From contig NC_043021.1 of NCBI RefSeq assembly GCF_006345805.1, forward strand, positions 1,364,001 through 1,428,000: a stretch of 64,000 bases of DNA, read 5' to 3'. The position numbers were made by a program, and so were the translations under genes. Position 1 is the first letter of the stretch, and each line of letters begins with the position of its first letter. The notes under the pieces are model-generated. The model had not been told where the DNA came from. It did not search any database and was given only the letters and a program-made list of their open reading frames with translations. Positions 23,634-35,361 of the stretch are shown here, piece after piece. The stretch comes from Octopus sinensis. Its lineage: Eukaryota.

Positions 23634-25373
23634 ATGAGGGTCAGGAGCCGTGCGAATTGCGGCTTTCAGAAGTCAGTGGAATCTTTCTACCATACCGTTC
23701 GCGGCGAGATGGTAACTGGTGGTGTGGGTGTGCTGAATTCCGAGCAATTTCGAAAACTCACGGAAGAGACAAGCTTCAAATTGGCATCCACGATCAGTAG
23801 TAATTCTAGAGGGTACTCCGAAGCGAGATATCCACCCAGAGATGAGTGCTCTGGCGACTGTTTCCGAGGAAATGTCTACGAAAGGGATGGCGTGAGGCCA
23901 TCTGGAGAAACGGTCGATGCAGGCCAATATATAAGTAAATCCGCAACTGACCGGCCAAGGACCAACCAGGTCGATGTGGATGTGACGGAACCTGGTGTCC
24001 GGTGGCTGGAAGTGTCCAAGAGGTGCTCTCGCGCGACGATGCACCTTGGACGCTGACACGGTAGACAGGCACATGATCAAGCAGTAATAGACCGTCGCAT
24101 ATTCGGCCAGAAAAAGCGGGCCGAGATAAGCTTTACTGTGGCCACAATGCTGGGGTGCGACAGTGAATGCAGTGCTTCAAAAACAGCACGACGGTGACAT
24201 TCATGAACGAGGGGTCGTGGTGACCCGGTAGAAACATTGCAGAGAATGGTTCCTTCTGAAAAAGGCAGAGGCAGGTGTTCAAACTTGCAGCAGGAAAACT
24301 ATAATGAAGAGACGTCCAGAGAATCCAAGCAGGGTTGGTCAGTAGCCATAGCGACCAAATCAATCGAAGCAGGAGACGACGATGCACCGATAGGCAGGCG
24401 AGATAAAGCGTCGGCGGGGATGTTGTGATTGCTAGCGATGTGGCGAATGTCACTAGTGAACTATGATGTAGTCCAATTGCCTTGTTTCTCTGGGCGAGTA
24501 CCGGTCCGTTTTGGCAAAGAGGCGGACTTTAGCGCTTTTTGGTCGGTGAAAATCGTGAAATCTCTACCTCCGAAAAGATAAGAGAAAAGCTTCACCGCCA
24601 GATAAATTGCTAAGAGTTCTTTACCAAACACTGTGCCTCAATTTGGTATATTTTAGCTGGCGCAAGAAGGCTAATGGCTGGCTTCGGCTGTTGACAGATT
24701 GCTCTAAAACTGCGCCTATAGCAGATGATGACACATCAACAGTAATCTTGCATCCGGAGCGGGATGAGCGAGGAAGGATGCTTGAGCAAGGTCAGCTTTG
24801 ACAGACTGAAAAGCTTTGATGGCTGTAGGAGACAGCATTATCTGGGCGTCTTTCTTTTGCTGATCTTTCAAGAGCTGGGTCATAGGAAGCAACTTCTCTG
24901 CACATTCGTCCGATGTTCAACATTTTAGAAGTATAGTTCTGTTCCGCGTCGGGTCACCATTATAGATGGATAGTTGTCCATGTCAGGGTCACCATTATAG
25001 ATGGGTAGGTTGTTGTTGGGCCACCTAATGTGACTCACTCAGAAGGCTGTAATCTCGTTTGGTAGTAAACCCAGATGAAGACATATAAACAAGGTTGTAA
25101 CTTTAAACACGTTTATTGTGGTCACACGTATATACACAACGGAATGATAAATGGTTGGTGCATAGAGGCCATGGTCTTCTGTGCTTTTGCTCCTATCAGG
25201 TAGCTGGCGTGTGGTATGACAGAGAGCCAGTCACGTTACGTCTTCACAATTCGCGTCCCAATGCAGAAACAGAAGCAGATGAGTGTCTGAATCTTAATGT
25301 TGCGCAACGCCCCCTATATGTTCAATTATTTAACCTGCTGTTAAGGAGGGCAACTGCGCCTACGTAGATTACA
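23634..25373 (-). mobile_element. Gypsy element: 5' LTR and PBS joined to RNase H-integrase (gag/RT deleted)
   Basis: LTR starts TGTAATCTAC at 25373. PBS TGGTGACCCGACG at 24947-24959. LAHPAPDA and NIPADALSR; integrase [34 protein letters not shown]. Confidence 0.85.
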
Positions 25374-25849
25374 AAAATAAAAAAAACGCCCCATCAGAGG
25401 GAACCAGCCTTGGAAATTTACTCAGGGAAATTCGATATCTGGCTGGATATCATATTCCCTCCTCTAACTCAGGGCCGGCTCCAGGTAACGGCAACTCGGG
25501 CAGCCGCCCAGGGACCATGTGCTAGGGGGCGTCAAAGAGGACTTGACAAAGAAAAGGAAATTTCCACGACCGTCAGCTTGTACACACCAAAGTTCAGTTT
25601 GCCCGGGGCTCCAACAATCCTACACACACACACAAACACACACACGCGCGCGCGCACACACACACATTACTAGTAGCTAGTAATATTAGTGGCAGTGGCT
25701 ATGGTGGTCAGCTCTGAAGTTTTAGAGTGCTTCTTTTCGGACTTATGAACTACTGATCGATTTTTTCTTATACACCAAGGACTAAACTCCCCATAGGAGT
25801 AGGTAGCCACAAGACACACACACACCAGGCATTCCATTAATTTCCCAGC

Positions 25850-26587
25850 TCAAAGAAGCGAGCCCCGTCCTATGCTTGGCTCAAGGCATAGAAAGCAACC
25901 CCCGATATCAGCAGCGGGGCCTGACAGCATGTGCTGGTTTACCTCCGCTGCATCATGCTGGTTCCGCAGCCCTTTGAGCAACATCAGTTCACTCCTCCGT
26001 CCACAAACACTCTCCGAGCTTTCCTCTTGCCTCTCTCACTCCAACACCTCTGACCACCAAAGCTTTCCTCCATCCATCCATCCATCCATCCATTCACACA
26101 AACCGAGGTCTGCCTCTGGTTCTGCTGCCTACCACTTCTGCCTTCATCATCCTCCTTACCATCCGCTCCTCATCCATCCTCTCCATGTGGCCAAACCACC
26201 TCAACATTCGTCTATCCATTCTGGTACATTCTCCATTCTCTGACCCCTGCTTGCCTTCACACCTCCTCATTCCTCATCCTGTCCATCCGTGTCAAACCAA
26301 CCATAGCCCTCAAATATCTCATCTCAAACACATTTAGTCGCCTCCTTTCCACCTCTCATACACCCCATGTCTCTTCACCATATGGCATTGTCGGCATAGT
26401 CACACCCTCGTACACACCTCTTCTCCTTTCATAATCAATCTTTTATCTCTCGGCATATCTTTCACAACTCCAAGTATCTTACTCCCCTCCTTCACTCTAT
26501 ATCCCATCTCCTCAGCCCTCCCCCATCCGCCGCCACATGTGATCCCAGATACTTAGAACTACTCACCTCCTCTAACATCTCACCTGG
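25850..26587 (-). mobile_element. RTE LINE RT C-terminal fragment
   Basis: Minus frames read EEVSSSKYLGS, YGEETW, RRLNVFEMRYLRAMVGLTRMDRMRNEEV. Confidence 0.75.
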
Positions 26588-26789
26588 ATATGACTAAACT
26601 ACATTCGGTAATGGGATCCTGAGGCCCTGTTTCAGGGCTTGAGGAGTGTGGAACCACCTCTTAGCCACTATTGTTCCTAGGTCTACTCTAGCCCGGAATG
26701 GTAGCAACTGTAAGGGTCCCAGCTATGGGTTAACTAGCTAATCCCCTGCGACTGCGGCGGGGGGGGGGGGCAGAATGCTATAAGGCCTG

Positions 26790-27321
26790 ACATTTTTGGG
26801 GAGAGTTCCAGTCGATTAGATCGATCCAGTATGCTACTGGTACTTAATTTATCGACCCAGTAACGATGCAAAGTCGACCTTGGCGGAATTTGAACTCAGA
26901 ACGTAAAACAACCGAAATACCTATTTCTTTACTACCCACAAGGGGCTAAACACAGAGAGACAAACGGATTAAGTCGATTATATTGACCCCAGTGCGTAAC
27001 TGGTACTTTATTTATCGACCCCGAAAGGATGAAAGGCAAAGTCGACCTCAGCGGAATTTGAACTCAGAACGTAACGGCAGACGAAATACCTATTTCTTTA
27101 CTACCCACAAGAGGCTACACATAGAGGGGACAAACAAGGACAGACAAACGGATGAAATCGACTATATCGACAACAGTGCGTAACTGGTACTTATTTAATC
27201 GACCCCGAAAGGATAAAAGACAAAGTCGACCTCGGCGGAATTTGAACTCAGAATGTAGCGACAGATGAAATACCGCTCAGCATTTCGCCCGGCGTTCTAA
27301 CGTTTGTGCCAGCTCGCCGCC
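26790..27321 (-). mobile_element. tRNA-derived SINE with three tandem partial copies of its core
   Basis: GAGTTCAAATTCCGCC...GTCGAC...TCATCCTTTCGGGGTCGAT...AAGTACCAGT block occurs three times. The head GGCGGCGAGCTGGC ends at 27321. Confidence 0.75.
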
Positions 27322-27975
27322 TACAGTCGCTGTAAGCTCTGCGTGGCGTAAGAAGCGACTAAATGGGGCGGGAGCTAAGGGACTGAGAATCCACTCCTAC
27401 TAGTAAAAATAAAAAAAGCCCCCCCCCAAAAAAAAAACCCCAACAAAATACAACACACACACATTATCTTCTTCATTCTCCAGAGGATCTCCCAGTGGCA
27501 TAGTCTGTTGAAAAGAACACTCTTCTATCTATCGTAGCGTTGGAATTGGAAGCAGTCCAACGCTTCCAATTCTGTTGTCAGTTTAACACACGGTAATAAC
27601 TGAGAATCATAATCTACTTTCGTATAATAAATAATCTCCGGATTCATCCAGCAAGTAGGCTTCACGTTGTTGTCGTGTGTGTGCATATACAAAACACACA
27701 CGCATACGCAATACTTGCAAGTGAGAAAGATGACAACAAATAGTAAATACACTATACATATCTCCTACGCAACACTTACTGTCTACATACAACCTGTGGA
27801 GTCGGAGAGATGGGAAGATTTTTAACAAAAAACCCACAGAAAATAAAACAAAACGAGGAAGAGTCATCGAGACAAAGTTAATGTAGGAAAGAGTTCTAAA
27901 TGATGTATGGCGGACTGTAGGGACGGAGCAAGTGCAGAATGACATCACAGAAGAGGGAATCGATGAATGAATGAA

Positions 27976-28038
<63 letters not shown>

Positions 28039-28967
28039 GGGAGGGTTGATAGAAGAAAAAGCTGGTTGGAAGAACAGACTGTAAAACTTGAACAGAAAGA
28101 GTAACATCGGAGAAATTTGTATTTTTTTCTGTCTCTCTCTTTCTATATTGTCACTGGGGAGGGTCATTTTGTCTTTACGCCTTATTAACTAACACACTCA
28201 CCGGTTCGATTTCCACTCAATTTATTTATTTATATATTTATTTATTTATTCCATAATTTTCGTGGCGTGTATTTACACCTACATATATACATACTTATGT
28301 ATACATACATACATGTTTGTGTAAATATATATATATATTTATATGCCCTGGGAGGTGATTTCTTCGACTAAAGTCCATCAAATTAGTGTTCCAGTATGGT
28401 CGCAGTCCAGTGTGGGAGACAAACTACGTGCAAGGCAAAAAGCAAGGGAATGTACTTGTTTAGTATTTTCGGTGATAAGTCAATTAGGGACTGGGTTTAA
28501 TCAAGAAAGACAAGAGAGTAGAAGAGAGACATAGAGAAAAGAAAGAGTGAAACAGAAAGAGAAATGCATTGTTAGGGGGGGGGTTGTATTTAAAAGTGAA
28601 TGTGAGAAAGAAAGGATCTTTCCGAAAGAAATTGTAACAGCCACAAAATAAATGAAAGAAAACGATAGAATAAAAATGGTAAGACTGAATAATAGAGAGA
28701 TGGTAGGAGGTAAATAAAAAGGGTAAAACAATGAGAAACAAAGGGAGGATAAAAAATGAAAGAGTATGACTAAGTGAGAGAGAGAATTAAAAAGTAAGAT
28801 TTAGTGAGGGAGAAAGATTTAGTGAGAGAGAGAGAGGGGGAGAGAGATTTAGTGAGAGAGAGAGTGAGAGAGGGGGAGAGAAATTTAGTGAGAGAGGAAG
28901 TGAAAGTGAGAGTCCTCTTAGTAACAGCGACAACAGACTACCATGGCGACTGTTAATGTTTGTCTGA

Positions 28968-29075
28968 TGAGGTGAAGGCCTAGGGATCTATTGGATTGTC
29001 TACTGAGGTGAAGGCCTAGGGATCTCTTGGATTGTCTACTGAGGTGAAGGCCTAGGGATCTCTTGGATTGTCTAC
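28968..29075. repeat. 36-bp tandem repeat x3
   Basis: TGAGGTGAAGGCCTAGGGATCTCTTGGATTGTCTAC at 28968, 29004 and 29040 (one substitution). Confidence 0.95.
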
Positions 29076-30484
29076 TGACTGTTGCTCACTGCACCTATTC
29101 GTGTGTATGCACGAACCGAACCCTCTACTCTACACAGGCTGGAACAAATTTAATATTCAAGCATATATACATATACAAGATATATATACAGCGAAGAATT
29201 TATATACGCAGTCTTGAAAGATATTCACTTTTACCATGTTGTGTGGAAAGGATCCACCTCTACTTTTTGTTTGATCATTATGGGATAAAGTGATGTGGAC
29301 AAGACACTAGATAGATGGATGAATGAATAGGTAAATACATATACACAGAGAGAAAACGGGAAGACCTACAAGACGAATATATACGTTTAGAAAACAGAAA
29401 AATAGTCCAGACTTACAACACGTAAAATAATTTATATATATATATATGTATGTACATTCTCTTATAACACACACGTGTATGTATATTTATTTATGTGTGT
29501 GTGTTATATATACACCTATTGTTGCATATATTTATACTTCTGTTTAGTAACAAGAACGTTTTGTCTTGTATAATTAACATATACCAATCTTGTTAACATG
29601 ACTGAATATATATGAATATACATTATCTTATGGTCTGTGTGGTGATATGTATTGTATACATTTTCCTGTATGCACCTTTAACATAACTGAATATATGCTT
29701 TCATTGCCAACTGGTTGTGTAGATTCATTACACAGCATGCGTATATATAATACACAACAGCATTTTATGCTTCATTTATCTATTTGACATCACGAGTATG
29801 TTTGCTACGTGAATTGATAAAGTGTGTAAATTGTTTATTTTACTTGTGCATAGATTGAAACATTTGGTGTGAAACTGGTTACTAATAACGAATAGGGGAC
29901 ATTCTTAAAAAGGGGACATTGGGCTGCCTTCACCGTTTGTTGTTGGTGAGCCTGGAGGAAGAAGGGGAGGAAAGAGTGATAAAAGAGAGTAAGTTGGAGG
30001 GGAAGTGTGAGAGAAAGAGTGAAAACTTAAAGTGAGGGGTTGAGAGAGAAATCATAGAGACAGCAAGACCGCGGTAAAATGTAAATACACACACGCACAT
30101 ATATATATGTTATGTATGTGTAATTGTGTGAGAGATATTATTGTTACGTATTTATTTATATATATATCAGATATAATATATATTAAATTATGACAAAAGA
30201 ATCTCGAAGTCTTTCACAGAAAAGAAACAAGAGCAAGGAGAGTGAAGAGGAAAATAAATAGAAAAGGTGAGAGGGGGGACACATATTCAGGGAAATACTA
30301 ATCCACATGTACACACATACACACACAAGGCGTAGGGATAGAGCGATAAGAGAGTGGAACTAGGTAGAAATAGACGAAGTATAAAGAGAATTCTTGATAA
30401 TAGGCAGAGAGTGAAAAAGAGATAAAAAGACAGAGTGGTGTGTATGAGAGAGAAGGTGAAGAGAGTTGTTGGAAGAACAACAAT

Positions 30485-30764
30485 ATGATGATGAACAACC
30501 AGGCTGGTGCCACCGCCACCACGGCGGCGGCGGCGGCAACGGCGACTGGAAATAAGAAGAAATCGGGCAGCTTTTTGAGTCGGCAGGTGAAGAGCAAACA
30601 CGACAACCACCAGCAACAAATACATCATACACAGTCCAAGAAGGGGACGGCGACGACTGGTAATGGCGGAGACGGTAGTGAGCCCTTACTGGGTGAGGAG
30701 GAACTGGCCAGGAGAGGTAACATCACCCCTGAAGAAGTACTACGTCTGGAGAAAGTCACGGAAG
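30485..30764 (+). CDS. unc-119: UNC-119 homolog, coding exon 1
   Basis: MMMNNQAGATATT...LLGEEELARRGNITPEEVLRLEKVTE, then G|GTAAGA donor at 30765. Resembles the UNC119B segment EEELLALDTIRPEHVLRLSRVTE. Start ATG chosen by inference. Confidence 0.88.
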
Positions 30765-31519
30765 GTAAGAAAGTATTCGATTTCTCACCTTATGCACTTC
30801 TGTTGTACTTCATAAACAAAGCATAATCACTAGAGCGTAGAAGAAAATGTCTAAGGTATTATTATGACTCATTACATTCTGATTTCAAATCCCACCGAGG
30901 TCGTATTTGCCTTTCCCCTTTCGTGTTTGATAAAATACCAGTCGTACGGAAAGTGAATGGAATTATAATGGAATTTTGTTTAATCCCCGGACTGTTCTGA
31001 ATGAGCAAATCTATGATCAATGACACTCAAGCTGTGACCATCCCATTAAAAAAAATTTTTTGCTAGCATCCTCGTTAAGATTATATTAGTAACCGTCCTT
31101 TTCCTCTTTTTAAGACTGTAAGATATGATTCAATAGATATTTGGCACCCATTTCGAGTATTTCGAATGGTCGTGTTGTAGTATTAGACCTGAGTTTTAGT
31201 GATTGAAATTGAGTCCAAGCCTGGAAGAGCTGATATTGTTATCACACTGCATGCATACGTATAATACACAGCTGGATATTTACACGCGCACACGCACACA
31301 CACATCTATAAGTCAGAAGAAAAAGAAACAGGTATTCGTATATCTGGTAAAAGAGTGGGTATACTATTTATACAATATTATAAATTTAGTCTCATAACAG
31401 CCAATTCATGTTACCGAATGGTTTCATGCTGAAGAATCTTCCAAGTGTGTAAAGCTAAAATTCCTCGGGTATGACTGATTAAATTTATCTTGCTACACTT
31501 AGAAGGTTCCAATAGGTTA

Positions 31520-31565
<46 letters not shown>

Positions 31566-31582
31566 AGTGTAAGCTCAGAGTA

Positions 31583-31755
31583 ATATGCTTTATTAAAAAG
31601 CAGCAAAGATATCTCAAAAACTGTTGCTCAGAGTTTCATGTCCCTGTTCATTGGACAGTTTTGTTTAGAATATAAAGAAAACTGTCTGAGGAACAGGAAC
31701 ATGAAACTGAGTAACAGTTTTTGTGATATTTTTGCTGCTTTTTAATAAAGTATAT
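31583..31755. mobile_element. Palindromic mini-element with hammerhead motif
   Basis: Arms 31583-31667 and 31673-31755 with a 5-nt loop; TA tracts on the right and close by on the left. Confidence 0.75.
31678..31721 (+). ncRNA. Type I hammerhead motif
   Basis: AAAACTGT-CTGAGGA-acaggaacat-GAAA-CTGAG-TA-ACAGTTTT: 8-bp stem I, core and GUA present. Stem II is imperfect (compatible with CpG decay of ACG-GGAA-CGT). Confidence 0.6.
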
Positions 31756-32250
31756 ATATATATATCAATAGATAGATAGATGAAGGAGTAATAATAGCAT
31801 AATACATGGTACAAATGTTTCAATACCCAAGCAGTTTGTTTGCAATCAGTGTATTACATATGCAAAAATTGCCAGCCTTTCCCTCAAGCATTTCAGAAAC
31901 ATTAGAAGAAAGAAATAAGAAATAGACTTTCAATGGTTCTGAAATGCTTGAGGGAGTGGCTGACAAATTTAGCTTATGTGATACACTAACTGCAAATAAG
32001 TTGCCATTCATTTGTGACATGTAATTGAACTGTCATTGTCTATTCATGTTCATTTATTATATTCCTTCACTACATAACATGTAGCTATTAATCATATGAG
32101 GGGATGATAAAATAGGAATATATATTTGTATTCCCACATATTACACCACAAACCAATTACCCACTGGAGGCTGCTGAACTAATAACCACAAGACCCAAAC
32201 CAAAACTAATTACATATATGTATATATATAAAGTCAAGGTAGAAAAAAAT

Positions 32251-32570
32251 TAAAATAATTTTATAAAAAGCATTTCAGTACCGGTTTCGGTCATTGAGAC
32301 TTTTTTCAACTATAAGTATGGAAAACAATTGGATTTTGGAAAAATTAAACAAAAAGATTTTTAAAAGAATATTCACATAGTATTCAAATACAAGGGGCAT
32401 TTTCCTTGTTTCTGCCTGTCTCTGTCTCATATTTGAATACTATGCAAATATTCTTTTAAAAAACTTTTCTTTTAATTTTTCCAAAATTTAATTGTTTTCG
32501 ATACTTACAGTTGAAAAAAAGTCTCAATGGCCGAAACCGGTACTGAAATGTTTTTTATGAAATTATTTTA
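32251..32570. mobile_element. Fold-back element with ~140-bp arms between TA tracts
   Basis: 32251-32390 is inverted at 32430-32570. Contains a GAAACCGGTACTG hammerhead 3' half. Confidence 0.75.
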
Positions 32571-32649
32571 GCATTATATATATATATATAATATAAATAA
32601 TGTATATGTATATATATATATTATATATATATATATATATAATGTTTTT

Positions 32650-33030
32650 TTTTTTTTACTTGTTTCAGTCATTTGACTGCGGCCATGCTGGAGCACCGCC
32701 TTTAATCGAGCAACTTGACCCCGGGACTTATTCTTTTGTAAGCCCAGTACTTATTCTATTGGTCTCTTTTGCCGAACTGCTAAGTAACGGGGACATAAAC
32801 ACACCAGCATCGGTTGTCAAGCAATGCTAGGGGGACAAACACAAACACACGCACACACACGTATATATATACGATGGGCTTCTTTCAGTTTCCGTCTACC
32901 AAATCCACTCACAAGGCTTTGGTCGGCCCGAGGCTATAGTAGAAGACACTTGCCCAAGGTGCCACGCAGTGGGACTGAACCCGGAACCATGAGGTTGGTA
33001 AACAAGCTACTTACCACACAGCCACTCCTG
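32650..33030 (-). mobile_element. tRNA-derived SINE (family also at 42719-43100 and 59976-60372)
   Basis: Head GGAGTGGCTGTGTGGTAAG...GGTTCCGGGTTCAGTCCCAC and tail GACTGAAACAAGTAAAA. Confidence 0.85.
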
Positions 33031-33092
33031 CGCATATATATATATAATGTGTATATATATATATATATAATGTATATGTATATATATATATA

Positions 33093-33432
33093 AGGGTAAA
33101 GACCCCCTTCGGTCATGAATGACCATGGGATTGCACCTAGAAAGTTACCCTCCTAGACACAAGTCCAGGCAAGGTTGTTTATGGAAGACCAGCAGTCGCC
33201 CATGCATACCAGCCTCCCCTCTCCACGCCACCAGTGTTATCCAAGGGAAAGACAAAGGTCGATACAGCTTGGCACCAGTGACGTCGCAACTCATTTCTAC
33301 AGCTGAGTGAACTGGAGCAACGTGAAATAAAGTGCTTTGCTCAAGAACACAACATGCAGCCCGGTCCGGGATTCGAGCTCACAACCTCACGATCGTAAGC
33401 TCGACGCGCTAACCACTGAGCCATGTGCCTTC
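33093..33432 (-). mobile_element. tRNA-derived SINE with CORE/Meta-like domain
   Basis: Head GGCACATGGCTCAGTGGTTAGC...GAGCTCGAATCCCGG and core TTCACGTTGCTCCAGTTCACTCAGCTG. Confidence 0.8.
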
Positions 33433-34263
33433 ACATGCGCCATATATATATAATGTATATGTATATATATATATATAATGTATATGTATATATATAATGT
33501 ATATGTATGTATATATATATATATATATAATGTATATGTATGTACATATATATATAATGTATATGTATGTTTATATATATATAATGTATATGTATGTATA
33601 TAATGTATATGTATGTATATATATATATAATGTATATGTATGTATATATATATATATAATGTATATGTATATATATATATATAATGTATATGTATGTATA
33701 TATATATATATAATGTAATGTATATATATATATATATAATGTATGTATGTATATAATATATAATGTATGTATGTATATATATATAATGTATGTATGTATA
33801 TATATATAATGTATGTATGTATATATATATATAATGTATATATATATATTATATATAATGTATATGTATATATAATGTATATGTATATATAATGTATATG
33901 TATATATAATGTATATGTATATATATATATATAAGTATATGTATATAATGTATATGTTATATATATATATAATGTATATGTATATATAATGTATATGTAT
34001 ATATATGTATATATAATGTATATGTATATATATATATATATATATAATGTATAGTATATATAATGTATATGTATATATATATATATTATATATATATATA
34101 TATATATGTATATAATATATATAATGTATATATATATATATGTATATTATATATATAATGTATATGTATATATATATGTATATGTATATATATGTATATA
34201 TAATGTATATGTATATATATATATTATATATAATGTATGATATATAATGTATATGTATATATA

Positions 34264-34305
<42 letters not shown>

Positions 34306-34315
34306 GTATATGTAT

Positions 34316-34374
<59 letters not shown>

Positions 34375-34430
34375 ATATTGTTGGCGTTAGGAAGGGCATG
34401 TATAATGTATGTATATATAAATATATAATG

Positions 34431-34476
<46 letters not shown>

Positions 34477-34745
34477 GCGTTAGGAAGGGCATCCAGCTGT
34501 AGAAACATTGCCAGATAAGACTGGAGCCCGGTGCAGCCTTCTGGCTTCCAGATCCCCGGTCGAACCGTCCAACCCATGCTAGACGTTAAACGATGATGAT
34601 GATGATCATATATATATATGTATGTATATATATATATAATGTATGTATATATATAGATATATATATATAATGTATGTATATATAATATATATATATAATG
34701 TATGTATATATATTATATATAATGTATGTATATATATATATTATA

Positions 34746-34784
<39 letters not shown>

Positions 34785-34801
34785 GTATACTATGTGTGTA
34801 C

Positions 34802-34836
<35 letters not shown>

Positions 34837-34931
34837 ATTCAGCAAAAATTTAGATTCAAATGAATATGGTACTTAATTTTAGATGCACAGAATTCTGTAT
34901 GGTGTTATCCATAAAAATCCGTGGGGTGATT

Positions 34932-35131
34932 ATAATGAAAATAAGCAACAAGAATGTTGTAAGTATTACAACAGTTTTAAAATGCTGAGCACTCATCAGC
35001 CAATCTATAATTGGATGATGAATGCTCAGCATTTTAAAACTGTTGTAATACTTACAACATTGATAAAATGATGTAGTACGAAACAATCGTACCAAAATAC
35101 CGGAGTCATTCTTGTTGCTTATTTTGATTAT
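34932..35131. mobile_element. Nested palindromic element with hammerhead motif
   Basis: Inner arms 34953-35004 and 35010-35061 (2 mismatches). Outer 25-bp inverted repeat 34932-34956 / 35107-35131. Confidence 0.7.
35011..35095 (+). ncRNA. Type I hammerhead motif with long stem II (core C mutated in this arm)
   Basis: TTGG-aTGATGA-ATGCT...CATTTTA..TGTTGTA/TACAACA..TAAAATG...AGTAC-GAAA-CAATCG-TA-CCAA. The opposite arm retains GG-CTGATGA-GTGCT. Confidence 0.55.
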
Positions 35132-35231
35132 ATATACTATATATATATATATATATATATAATGTACGTATGTATATATATAATGTATGTATGTATATAT
35201 ATAATGTATGTATGTATATATATAATGTATG

Positions 35232-35282
<51 letters not shown>

Positions 35283-35296
35283 ATATATAATGTATG

Positions 35297-35334
<38 letters not shown>

Positions 35335-35361
35335 GTATGTATGTATATAATGTATGTATGT

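Noticed and set aside
25480-25620. hAT MITE starting CAGGGCCGGC
   Set aside because: No matching opposite TIR or 8-bp TSD was found.
28964-29003. CTGATGA at the start of the 36-bp repeat as a hammerhead
   Set aside because: There is no downstream GAAA, stem III or stem I complement.
30440-30826. Single-exon 128-aa ORF from the track
   Set aside because: It starts at GTG and reads through a strong donor at 30765; UNC119 similarity continues only after splicing to 63962.
33431-34492. Long Y/I/H-rich ORFs (353 aa here; similar at 1.5-2.9, 40.7 and 51.4 kb)
   Set aside because: They are translations of stop-poor (TA)n/(CA)n microsatellites.
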